Of a stretch of DNA of 32,000 nucleotides, positions 1 to 7,627 are shown one piece after another (within the stretch, counting starts at the first letter, position 1; each line of letters begins with the position of its first letter). The stretch is from Mycolicibacterium smegmatis (GTDB lineage: Bacteria > Actinomycetota > Actinomycetes > Mycobacteriales > Mycobacteriaceae). The notes below the pieces were generated by a model that worked only from the letters and a program-made list of their open reading frames with translations, was not told the origin of the DNA and searched no databases. The stretch is from contig NZ_LN831039.1 of NCBI RefSeq assembly GCF_001457595.1, positions 3,990,001 to 4,022,000 on the forward strand. Direction: 5' to 3'. The position numbers and the translations under genes are program-made.

Positions 1-729
1 GTCGTCGTGCGCACCGATGCGGGCGACGTCAGGGCCGACGTACTCGTCGGCGCCGACGGCATCGGCTCGGTGGTGCGTGCGGCGCTGCATCCCGGCCCGG
101 ACCCGCTGCGGTTCTCGGGGATCACGATGTTCCGCGGCGCCGGTCGTATGGCGGCGTTCCTCGACGGGCACACGATGGCGATCGTCAAGGGCGACAGGGG
201 CGATCAGGGCGTCGACCTCGTCACGTATCCGATCGCACCGGATCTGGTGAACTGGGTGGTCCAGGTGCCGCAGTCGGCGCCCACGTCGGCCGGGTGGAAC
301 ACCCCCGCGTCGGCGGCGGACGTGCTGCCCCACGTCGCGGGCTGGCGTCTGGACTGGCTCGACGTCGACTCGTTGATCGGGAGCACGCCGCAGATCTTCA
401 CCTACCCGATGGTCGACAAGGACCCGGTGCGACAGTGGGGCCGCGGCGGCCGCGTGACGTTGCTCGGCGATGCCGCACACCCCATGTATCCCGTTGGCGC
501 CAACGGCGGTTCGCAGGCCGTCGTCGACGCGCGGGTGCTGGCCGACCACCTCGCCGAGGCGGGCGTGCGCGGCCTGCGCACCTACGAGGCCGAACGCGCC
601 GACGAGACCGCCGCGGTGATCGTCGCCAACCGCGAGATGCACCGCGCCGCCAACACGCGCTCGGCCACCGAACTCGACCGCGTCACCCGCAAGTACCGCA
701 CCGACACCGCAAGGAGCACCCGAGCATGA
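1..729 (+). CDS. FAD-dependent (group A flavoprotein) monooxygenase, C-terminal part; 5' end outside window
   Basis: Frame 1 is open from the window edge to TGA 727-729. Contains LLGDAAHPMYPVGANGGSQAVVDARVLADHL (GDAAH motif of aromatic-hydroxylase-type flavoenzymes). GC3-rich codons. Confidence 0.8.
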   Translation, partial: VVVRTDAGDVRADVLVGADGIGSVVRAALHPGPDPLRFSGITMFRGAGRMAAFLDGHTMAIVKGDRGDQGVDLVTYPIAPDLVNWVVQVPQSAPTSAGWNTPASAADVLPHVAGWRLDWLDVDSLIGSTPQIFTYPMVDKDPVRQWGRGGRVTLLGDAAHPMYPVGANGGSQAVVDARVLADHLAEAGVRGLRTYEAERADETAAVIVANREMHRAANTRSATELDRVTRKYRTDTARSTRA

Positions 730-1397
730 CCACCTTCGTCCTTGTCCCCGGAATGTGCCACGGCGCATGGTGTTTCGACACCGTCACCGCTGCGCTGCGC
801 GCGGCCGGCCATGAGGTGCTGGCCGTGACCCCGACCGGGGTCGCCGAACGCGCACACCTGCAGCACGCGGGCGTCAACCTCGACACCCACATCACCGACG
901 TCGTCGCCGTGGTCGAGGCCTACGCGGCCGAACCGGTGGTTCTTGTCGGGCACAGTTACGGCGGCATGGTGATCACGGGCGCCGCCGACCGGATCCCCGA
1001 CACCGTCGACGCGCTGGTGTACCTCGACGCGGTGGTGCCGCGCGACGGCGAGTCGTGCGCGGATCTGGTGAACGACGAGGAGCGCCGGTGGTACATGGAG
1101 ACCGACGCGTCCGGCTTCGGGGTGCCGCCGCTTGAGTTCTTCGATCCGCGCGCGACCCCGCATCCGCGCGCGAGCGTGCTGCAACCGCTGCGTATCGGCG
1201 TCGACGTGAACCGCTTCCGTCGGCGGGTGTTCGTCTACGCGCGCGACTGGCCGGGCGAATCGCCGCTGCAGGCCTCCTACGACCGCGTCCGCAATGATCC
1301 GAACTGGACGTGCCACGAACTCGACGCCAAGCACAACCTGATGCGCGACGCGCCCGAGGAGCTGCTGCGCATCCTTGTCGACGTCGCCTCCCGATAG
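726..1397 (+). CDS. alpha/beta-hydrolase esterase, SABP2/methylesterase/hydroxynitrile-lyase-like (223 aa)
   Basis: ATG 726 overlaps the upstream stop (ATGA). N-terminal FVLVPGMCHGAWCF motif and GHSYGG nucleophile elbow. The longer ORF from 294 is an Arg-rich out-of-frame shadow of gene 1. Confidence 0.85.
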   Translation: MTTFVLVPGMCHGAWCFDTVTAALRAAGHEVLAVTPTGVAERAHLQHAGVNLDTHITDVVAVVEAYAAEPVVLVGHSYGGMVITGAADRIPDTVDALVYLDAVVPRDGESCADLVNDEERRWYMETDASGFGVPPLEFFDPRATPHPRASVLQPLRIGVDVNRFRRRVFVYARDWPGESPLQASYDRVRNDPNWTCHELDAKHNLMRDAPEELLRILVDVASR

Positions 1398-1404
1398 CCG
1401 GGAC

Positions 1405-1428
1405 GAAACTGCAACACGTTTCAGTTTC
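1405..1428. promoter_or_regulatory. KstR-type (TetR family) operator candidate
   Basis: Imperfect 24-bp palindrome GAAACTGCAACACGTTTCAGTTTC. The core TGCAACACGTTTCA (1410-1423) fits TnnAACnnGTTnnA at every fixed position. Confidence 0.55.
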
Positions 1429-1443
1429 TGGGCTCTGATCGTC

Positions 1444-1449
1444 TAGTCT
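1444..1449 (+). promoter_or_regulatory. -10 hexamer of a leaderless-type promoter
   Basis: TAGTCT (TANNNT) lies 6 nt upstream of the GTG start at 1456, with no Shine-Dalgarno. Confidence 0.45.
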
Positions 1450-1455
1450 GACCGT

Positions 1456-1905
1456 GTGCCAGGTGATACCGACGCCGCAACGCAACTACCGGCCATCGAG
1501 GGATGGTGGAGCGCAGACGAGTCCGGCGCCCCCCATCTGATCGGCGGAAAGTGCACGAAATGTGCCACGTACGTGTTCCCGCCGCGGGCCAACAACTGCC
1601 CCAACCCCGCCTGTGACGGCGACGAGCTGGCGCAGGTGCCGCTGTCGCGTCGCGGCAAGGTGTGGAGCTACACCGAGAACCGGTACGCCCCGCCGCCGCC
1701 CTACCCGTCGCCGGACCCGTTCGAGCCGTTCGCCGTGGCCGCCGTCGAACTGGCCGACGAGGGCCTGATCGTGCTGGGCAAGGTCGTCGAGGGCACGCTG
1801 GCCGCGGATCTGAAGGTCGGCATGGAGATGGAGTTGACCACCATGCCGCTGTACACCGACGACGACGGCGTCGAGCGCCTGACCTACGCGTGGAGGATCG
1901 CATGA
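1456..1905 (+). CDS. DUF35 OB-fold protein with N-terminal Zn ribbon (thiolase/Ltp partner subunit)
   Basis: CTKCATYVFPPRANNCPNPAC (CxxC...CxxxxC) is followed by an OB-fold-like region. The stop overlaps the next start (ATGA at 1902-1905). Confidence 0.85.
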   Translation: MPGDTDAATQLPAIEGWWSADESGAPHLIGGKCTKCATYVFPPRANNCPNPACDGDELAQVPLSRRGKVWSYTENRYAPPPPYPSPDPFEPFAVAAVELADEGLIVLGKVVEGTLAADLKVGMEMELTTMPLYTDDDGVERLTYAWRIA

Positions 1906-3104
1906 GCGCACCCGAACCCGTCTACATCCTCGGCGCGGGTATGCACCCGTGGGGCAAGTGGGGACGTGACTTCACCGAGTACGGCGTCGTCGCCGCGCGC
2001 GCCGCGCTGGCCGAGGCCGGCCTCGACTGGCGCCAGATCCAGCTCGTCGCGGGCGCCGACACGATCCGCAACGGCTATCCCGGGTTCGTCGCCGGCGCCA
2101 CGTTCGCGCAGAAGCTCGGCTGGAACGGCGTTCCCGTCACCTCCAGCTACGCCGCGTGTGCGAGCGGTTCGCAGGCGCTGCAGAGCGCCCGTGCACAGAT
2201 CCTCGCCGGGTTCTGCGACGTCGCGCTCGTCATCGGCGCCGACACCACGCCCAAGGGCTTCTTCGCGCCCGTCGGCGGTGAGCGCAAGAACGATCCGGAT
2301 TGGCAGCGGTTCCATCTGATCGGCGCCACCAACACGGTGTACTTCGCGCTGCTGGCGCGCAGGCGCATGGATCTCTACGGCGCCACGCTAGAGGACTTCG
2401 CGCAGGTGAAGGTCAAGAACGCGCGGCACGGACTCAACAACCCGAATGCGCGTTACCGCAAGGAGGCCAGCGTCGAGGACGTCCTGGCCAGCCCGGTGGT
2501 GTCGGATCCCCTTCGCCTGCTGGACATCTGCGCGACCTCCGACGGTGCGGCCGCGCTGGTGGTGGCGAGCAAGTCGTTCGTCGAGAAGCACCTCGGGTCG
2601 GTCGAGGGTGTGCCGTCGGTGCGTGCGATCAGCCTGCAGTCCCCGCAGTACCCGCAGCATCTTCCCGAGTTGCCCGACATCGCAACGGATTCCACGGCCG
2701 TGGTGAAAGCGCCCGAGCGTGTGTTCAAGGATCAGATCCTCGACGCGGCCTACGCCGAAGCCGGCATCGGGCCCGAGGACCTCAGCCTGGCCGAGGTGTA
2801 CGACCTGTCCACCGCGCTCGAACTCGACTGGTACGAGCACCTCGGGCTGTGCGAGAAGGGTGAGGCCGAGCAGTTGCTGCGCAGTGGCGCCACGACGATC
2901 GGCGGACGCATCCCCGTCAACGCCTCCGGCGGTCTGGCGTGCTTCGGCGAGGCCATCCCCGCGCAGGCCATCGCGCAGGTGTGCGAGCTCACGTGGCAGC
3001 TCAAGGGTCAGGCGACCGGACGCCAGGTCGAGGGCGCCAAGGTCGGCATCACGGCCAACCAGGGGTTGTTCGGCCATGGCTCCTCGGTGATCGTCGCGCG
3101 TTAG
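1902..3104 (+). CDS. SCP-x/Ltp-type thiolase-like protein (nonspecific lipid-transfer protein family, 400 aa)
   Basis: Starts MSAPEPVYILGAGMHPWGKWG. Has the active-site Cys context SSYAACASGSQAL and C-terminal NASGGLACFGEAIPAQ. The 1662 start would overlap the DUF35 gene out of frame. Confidence 0.9.
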   Translation: MSAPEPVYILGAGMHPWGKWGRDFTEYGVVAARAALAEAGLDWRQIQLVAGADTIRNGYPGFVAGATFAQKLGWNGVPVTSSYAACASGSQALQSARAQILAGFCDVALVIGADTTPKGFFAPVGGERKNDPDWQRFHLIGATNTVYFALLARRRMDLYGATLEDFAQVKVKNARHGLNNPNARYRKEASVEDVLASPVVSDPLRLLDICATSDGAAALVVASKSFVEKHLGSVEGVPSVRAISLQSPQYPQHLPELPDIATDSTAVVKAPERVFKDQILDAAYAEAGIGPEDLSLAEVYDLSTALELDWYEHLGLCEKGEAEQLLRSGATTIGGRIPVNASGGLACFGEAIPAQAIAQVCELTWQLKGQATGRQVEGAKVGITANQGLFGHGSSVIVAR

Positions 3105-3126
3105 CGCGTATCGCGTTATCGCGTAT
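3097..3126. repeat. 15-bp tandem repeat x2 (14/15 identical)
   Basis: CGCGTTAGCGCGTAT followed by CGCGTTATCGCGTAT. The first unit spans the thiolase TAG stop (3102-3104). Confidence 0.8.
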
Positions 3127-3157
3127 CGGCACGGTGCGTTAGGGAGCTGCTCCCCTT

Positions 3158-3180
3158 GCACCGCGAGCGTGCGTGTCTGC
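3158..3180. repeat. Left arm of a perfect 23-bp inverted repeat
   Basis: GCACCGCGAGCGTGCGTGTCTGC. Its exact reverse complement occurs at 3537-3559. Confidence 0.9.
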
Positions 3181-3237
3181 CGTGCAACACACCGCCCCGC
3201 AGCAGCACTCGGCGCACGCTCGCGCGAAAATGAGCGC

Positions 3238-3465
3238 GTGAGTGAAACCGTCGTCGTCCGCGTCAAACCGGGTAGCCGCAAAGGCCCGCTCGTCGAGACC
3301 GCCGACGACGGCACCCTCACCATCTACGTGCAGGAGCGCGCTGTCGACGGTAAGGCCAACGCGGCCGTCACGAAACTCCTTGCCGCACATCTGGGTGTGC
3401 CGCCGAGTCGCGTCGAGCTGGCCTCGGGTGCGACGGCTCGGCTGAAGCGTTTCCGCATCAGTTGA
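3238..3465 (+). CDS. DUF167 (YggU-like) small protein, 75 aa
   Basis: GTG 3238; VSETVVVRVKPGSRKGPLVETADDGTLTIYVQERAVDGKANAAVTKLLAAHLGVPPSRVELASGATARLKRFRIS matches the DUF167 pattern (KPG..., G.AN..L...LA......V.L..G..SR.K). Upstream in-frame codons fall inside the repeat region. Confidence 0.8.
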   Translation: MSETVVVRVKPGSRKGPLVETADDGTLTIYVQERAVDGKANAAVTKLLAAHLGVPPSRVELASGATARLKRFRIS

Positions 3466-3477
3466 CGCATCAGTTGA
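3454..3477. repeat. 12-bp perfect tandem duplication
   Basis: CGCATCAGTTGA occurs twice in tandem. The first copy holds the last three codons plus the TGA stop of DUF167. Confidence 0.9.
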
Positions 3478-3510
3478 CGCACGCTCGGCGGCCGCGAGCG
3501 TGCGTCAACT
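3472..3510. terminator. 16-bp-stem hairpin between convergent genes (terminator candidate, no clear U-tract)
   Basis: AGTTGACGCACGCTCG, a 7-nt loop, then CGAGCGTGCGTCAACT. Sits just after the DUF167 stop and 80 nt from the stop of the convergent gene. Confidence 0.55.
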
Positions 3511-3536
3511 GCTGCAAAATCCCGGCGTGGCGGGCA

Positions 3537-3559
3537 GCAGACACGCACGCTCGCGGTGC
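3537..3559. repeat. Right arm of the perfect 23-bp inverted repeat
   Basis: GCAGACACGCACGCTCGCGGTGC is the reverse complement of 3158-3180. Confidence 0.9.
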
Positions 3560-3590
3560 CGACGACACCACCCCCGACGGGGGCAGAGAC

Positions 3591-5570
3591 CTAACCCAGG
3601 TTGCGGTTCCACTCGAGCCAGCCGACGCCGGTACGGCCGTCGGCGGTGCGCACGGTGGCCCACGCGCGTGGGAACTGGCTGACCTTGCCCTCGGCGGAGA
3701 CGAGCTTGACCGGGGCGTGGCCCTGGATGTCGACGGTGGCCTCGATGTCGCCGGACTGCAGGGTCAGCGTGGTGGTGACGGGCAGATCGTCGTCGCCGAG
3801 CGTGTGCTGTGCGGTCACGGACTGCAGTTCGACGAGTTCACCGTCGCGCTGCGTGTAGCCGACCCCGAGGGGTGGCATGTTCGGGATACGCAGGTCGACG
3901 CCGTGCAGGTGCGTGCCGTCGTCGAGATGCAGTGCGCTCCAGACCCATTCCATCGACCACCAGTCGCGCACGCCCCACGAGTGGTCGCGCTGGCCGACCA
4001 CGGCCTCAAGCGGATGAACCGTCTCCCCCACGGTGACGGTTCCCGTGACGGTGCACGGGATCTCGTAGCGGGGCGTGATGCGGTACTGGTATGGCGTGCC
4101 GACGGTGGTCCACGTCAGGTCGAGTGTGACGTCGACGGGGGTGCCGGCCTCGCCGCGCAGCAGGGCCGCGGGATCGTCGTAGGCCTGCCCCTGCCCCGAT
4201 GCGGTCACGCGGTAGGTCTGCAACGGCTCGCCGCGCTGCAACGAGAGTTCGACGCCGTCGCCGCAGACCCGCGCGACGTCGGTGGGCAGCGCCGCGTGGA
4301 AGTCGTTGAGCGCCACGGTCGGCAGATCCGGACCGCACACCAGCACGTTGATCCAGGAATGGTCCTGGTTGGGGATCAGCCCCAGGCGGATCCAGCCGCC
4401 GAATCCGGCTGCGGTGTCGACGAAGTCGAAGTACCAGCTCTCGTTCCACAGCGGCTCGTCGCCGGGGGTGTGCGCGTCGTCGTCCTCGGCGGCCGGTTGA
4501 AGCGGCGCGACGGGCACCGGCGGGGCGAGGATGTCGAGCGCGCCGGTGTCCAGCACGTGGCTGCAGTTCCGGTCGAGCATGGTCATGAACATCTGGTCGC
4601 CGCGTTCGGTGCGCTCGACGAGCATCGACGACACGATCGCCATCACCACGCCGAAGAAGCTCTGGCGCCGCACGTCTTCACGCACCTGGTCGAGCGTCAG
4701 CGGCGCGTCCGGTCCGAGTGCCTCGTGGTAGGCCCGCAGCAGCGCGTCGTAGTGTTCGCGGCGCACCTCGGACGGCAGCGAGCTGCCGACGAAGTACGCG
4801 ACGTCGGTCAGCGCGGGACCCCAGGTGACGGTCTGCCAGTCGACGGCGGTCAGCGGCCGGTCGGCACCAGGATCGCCGAACAGCATGTTGTCGAGCCGAT
4901 AGTCGCCGTGCACCAGGCCTTTCGGGCGTTCGTCCTCGGCGGCGAGGTAGCTGTCGAAGCTTTCGACGAGCCGCTCGCACACCTCGCGCTGCTGCGGCGT
5001 GATCATGTCGGCGTAGCGCTCGACGAACGCCGCGTACAGACCCGCGAGCATCGGCTGGCTGACCGGCGCCTCGCGCACGAGCCAGTCGGCGATGGCCGCA
5101 CCGCGCGACGACGCGTGCGCCGCGCCGTGCACGTGCCCCAGCTGTACGAGCGCCAGCGTGGCCTGCTCGACGGTCGCACCCTGCAGTTCGTTGCCGACCG
5201 TCGCAGGCGCGGCATCCCCGAGCAGCAGGTCGAACGCGCCGGTCTGCGGGTCGAAGGCCGAGTGGTAGCACGGTGCGATCGGACCGGCGCCGAGTTGCGG
5301 TGCGATCTCGGTGTAGAACCGCACCTCCCGCTCGTACAGGCCCAATGCCAGGCCGGTCTGACGGCTGTTGGGGTCGGTGGCAGCCACTTTCAGCACCACC
5401 GACGCGGGTCCGTCGGTTCCGTCGGCGTAGCGCAGGGTCACGCGGTAGCACTCGCTCATCTGGCCCGTGCCGATGCGTTCGAAGCTGAAATCGGTGACCC
5501 GCCCGGCGCCGAGTGCGGCGGTCAGCCACTCGCCGGTCAGGTCGTCGGGACGTTCGATGACGGCATTCAT
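3591..5570 (-). CDS. Two-domain fusion: APH/EcKL-type small-molecule phosphotransferase (N) plus unassigned ~310-aa beta-rich domain (C), 659 aa
   Basis: N domain has DLTGEWLTAALG, HGDYRLDNMLF and VDWQ; C domain has WNESWYFDF and GQRDHSWGVRDWW. Start ATG 5570 was chosen because codons 5571-5627 have low GC3. Confidence 0.85.
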   Translation of the reverse strand: MNAVIERPDDLTGEWLTAALGAGRVTDFSFERIGTGQMSECYRVTLRYADGTDGPASVVLKVAATDPNSRQTGLALGLYEREVRFYTEIAPQLGAGPIAPCYHSAFDPQTGAFDLLLGDAAPATVGNELQGATVEQATLALVQLGHVHGAAHASSRGAAIADWLVREAPVSQPMLAGLYAAFVERYADMITPQQREVCERLVESFDSYLAAEDERPKGLVHGDYRLDNMLFGDPGADRPLTAVDWQTVTWGPALTDVAYFVGSSLPSEVRREHYDALLRAYHEALGPDAPLTLDQVREDVRRQSFFGVVMAIVSSMLVERTERGDQMFMTMLDRNCSHVLDTGALDILAPPVPVAPLQPAAEDDDAHTPGDEPLWNESWYFDFVDTAAGFGGWIRLGLIPNQDHSWINVLVCGPDLPTVALNDFHAALPTDVARVCGDGVELSLQRGEPLQTYRVTASGQGQAYDDPAALLRGEAGTPVDVTLDLTWTTVGTPYQYRITPRYEIPCTVTGTVTVGETVHPLEAVVGQRDHSWGVRDWWSMEWVWSALHLDDGTHLHGVDLRIPNMPPLGVGYTQRDGELVELQSVTAQHTLGDDDLPVTTTLTLQSGDIEATVDIQGHAPVKLVSAEGKVSQFPRAWATVRTADGRTGVGWLEWNRNLG

Positions 5571-5636
5571 GGTCGGTTGCACACACGCAACATAGCAGTG
5601 ATCCGACTCACATATGACAGGTGTCAACTTTCTCGG

Positions 5637-7595
5637 CTAGTGGTGCGCGGCCTTGGTATGGGGGTGTGCGCACGCACCCGGCGGCGTGGCCGGAACGTCG
5701 AGGGCAGGGTTGCGGTCGAAGAAGCCGTACGGCTTGAGCCAGAACGACACGATGTCGACGGGCATCACGGGCCAGTCCTCGGGACGGGTGATGTGGTGGA
5801 TGCCGAACACGTACCACAGCACCACGTCGGCGTTGTCGATCGACCGGTTGGCCTTGGTCCACTCCCCGAGGCCGGTGTCGCGGACCGACTGGTTGACGAA
5901 CTCCCCTGCGGGCCACCGCTCGTCGGGGTGGTTGGGCGTCACCCACAGCGTGTGCCCGATGACGTTGGCACGCTGCAGCACAGGTGATTCCGGGTCGAGC
6001 ATGGGCGGAATGGCCCCGGTGGGCACCAGCTTGTACGACGGGTGCGTGCCCAGACCGTTGACGACGTTGGTGTTGACCACCTTCCACGCCCGCTGCGTCG
6101 CGAAGTTGACGTCCTGTATGCCGTCGGCCTCGGTGCGCAGTGCCTCGTTGCGCACGACCACCGACAGCCCGTACGGGTTGTCGGGGCCGATGGGTGCGGC
6201 GTACGACTCGGTCATGTAGACGGTGTTGTCCGGGCCGTCGATGTCCAGATCGAGCCGCGCGATCAGGAAGTGCTGGTGGTAGGGCGCATACGTGCGTTCG
6301 TCGACCAGCGCGCCGTTGGGATGCGCGTCGGCGCCTGCGGGCAGCGGCGTGGTCACCATGATGCCCGTGGCGCGGACCTCGCACTCGATGTTGCCGTCCT
6401 GGTACAGCCGCCAGTACACGAGGTACTCGTAGTTGGCGACCGTGACGTGGAACGACAGTGTGAGCCTTCGCATCCGGCGCACCTCGGCACCCGCGTCGTG
6501 GTCGACGTGCTTCCACAGCACGGCGTTGTCTTCCTCGTGGATGCAGATCGCGTTGGTGATCGTGTACGGCTCACCCTTGCTGTTGTGCAGCACCGCGTCG
6601 AGATAACGGATCTCACCGAGGCAGTCGCAGCCGAGGTCGAGCGACGTGGTCATGAAACCCAGGCCCCACTCGCCGATGTCGAACGCAGTGCGACGGTAGT
6701 GGTCCACCGAGGGATCCCGGTACGGCACGACCATCTCGGCGAACGACAAGCGGTGTGCCACCGAACGGTTCACCGCACCGTCGCGGTAGCGCACGGTGTG
6801 CAGCGTCATGCCCTCGCGATGGTTGAAACCGATTCGCAGCGACCAGTTCTGCCACTGCAACAGGTTTCCGTCGAGGGTGAACGACGGCCCGTGGGGCTGC
6901 GTGATCTCCAGCGGTTTGAGCGGTTCGCGTGTCGAGGCCGCGCGGATGCGCTCGGGGATGTGCCGTGGCACGTATTCGCCCATGACGTCGGGTCTTTCGT
7001 TGGTGCCGTCGTCCTCGACGCGCAGCACCTCCATGGCGTTGAGATCGATCACGCAGTGCAGGCCGCTGACCGGGTGGGCATAGGGGTTGGCGCCTGCCGT
7101 GGACTTGTACCAGGTGTCCGACCAGCCGATGCGGCGGTCGGCGTACTCGGGTGGCGCGACGGCCGCACCGTAGGTCCAGGTGTCCATGAACACGTTGTCC
7201 ATGTCGGTGATGCCGCGTCGCGCCAGCGCCGCGATCACATCGGGGTGGCTGCGCAGGATCTGATCGCATTCGGCGAACTCGTCGACCGTGAAATTGGCTT
7301 GTACGCCCGGGATGTGGGTGAAACTCTCCACCCGGTCGTCGGTCAGCGACACGAAACCCTTGTAGGTGGCGTTGGCCGACCGGTCCAGGCAGATGACGGC
7401 GGCGCGCCGCGCCGGCGCGGGCCCGCCCTCGTCGTATGCGGCCAGTTCGGCCTTGGACGGTTCGGCCAGTTCGACCGAGGCGATCCGCCAACCCTCTCCG
7501 ACCCCGTGTTCACGCCGCAGTATCGCTGCGACCGCGGTGAACTCGTCGGCCGACAGCGGATCCAGTGGGTAGTCCACACGATCACGCAACCACAC
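5637..7595 (-). CDS. Copper-containing (topaquinone) primary amine oxidase
   Basis: TPQ consensus TVANYEYLVYW (N-Y-E-Y), Cu ligands HQHF and FGIHH, C-terminal WPVMPVD. The start is uncertain (GTG 7595 or 7577). The longest ORF (7751) would overlap the upstream esterase by 124 nt. Confidence 0.9.
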   Translation of the reverse strand: MWLRDRVDYPLDPLSADEFTAVAAILRREHGVGEGWRIASVELAEPSKAELAAYDEGGPAPARRAAVICLDRSANATYKGFVSLTDDRVESFTHIPGVQANFTVDEFAECDQILRSHPDVIAALARRGITDMDNVFMDTWTYGAAVAPPEYADRRIGWSDTWYKSTAGANPYAHPVSGLHCVIDLNAMEVLRVEDDGTNERPDVMGEYVPRHIPERIRAASTREPLKPLEITQPHGPSFTLDGNLLQWQNWSLRIGFNHREGMTLHTVRYRDGAVNRSVAHRLSFAEMVVPYRDPSVDHYRRTAFDIGEWGLGFMTTSLDLGCDCLGEIRYLDAVLHNSKGEPYTITNAICIHEEDNAVLWKHVDHDAGAEVRRMRRLTLSFHVTVANYEYLVYWRLYQDGNIECEVRATGIMVTTPLPAGADAHPNGALVDERTYAPYHQHFLIARLDLDIDGPDNTVYMTESYAAPIGPDNPYGLSVVVRNEALRTEADGIQDVNFATQRAWKVVNTNVVNGLGTHPSYKLVPTGAIPPMLDPESPVLQRANVIGHTLWVTPNHPDERWPAGEFVNQSVRDTGLGEWTKANRSIDNADVVLWYVFGIHHITRPEDWPVMPVDIVSFWLKPYGFFDRNPALDVPATPPGACAHPHTKAAHH

Positions 7596-7627
7596 CGGCG
7601 CGGGTTCGCGCAGCGGATCGCCGCAGA

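Noticed and set aside
3158-3559. IR-bounded unit as a MITE or insertion sequence
   Set aside because: There is no transposase and no target-site duplication flanking the 23-bp arms (TCCCCTT on the left, CGACGAC on the right). The cargo is a conserved housekeeping-type DUF167 gene. It is reported as a structural or regulatory curiosity instead.
3462-5987. 841-aa plus-strand ORF
   Set aside because: It is antisense to the kinase-fusion gene and to the 3' end of the amine oxidase. It is an Arg/Gly/Val-rich shadow ORF that starts inside the repeat/hairpin region.
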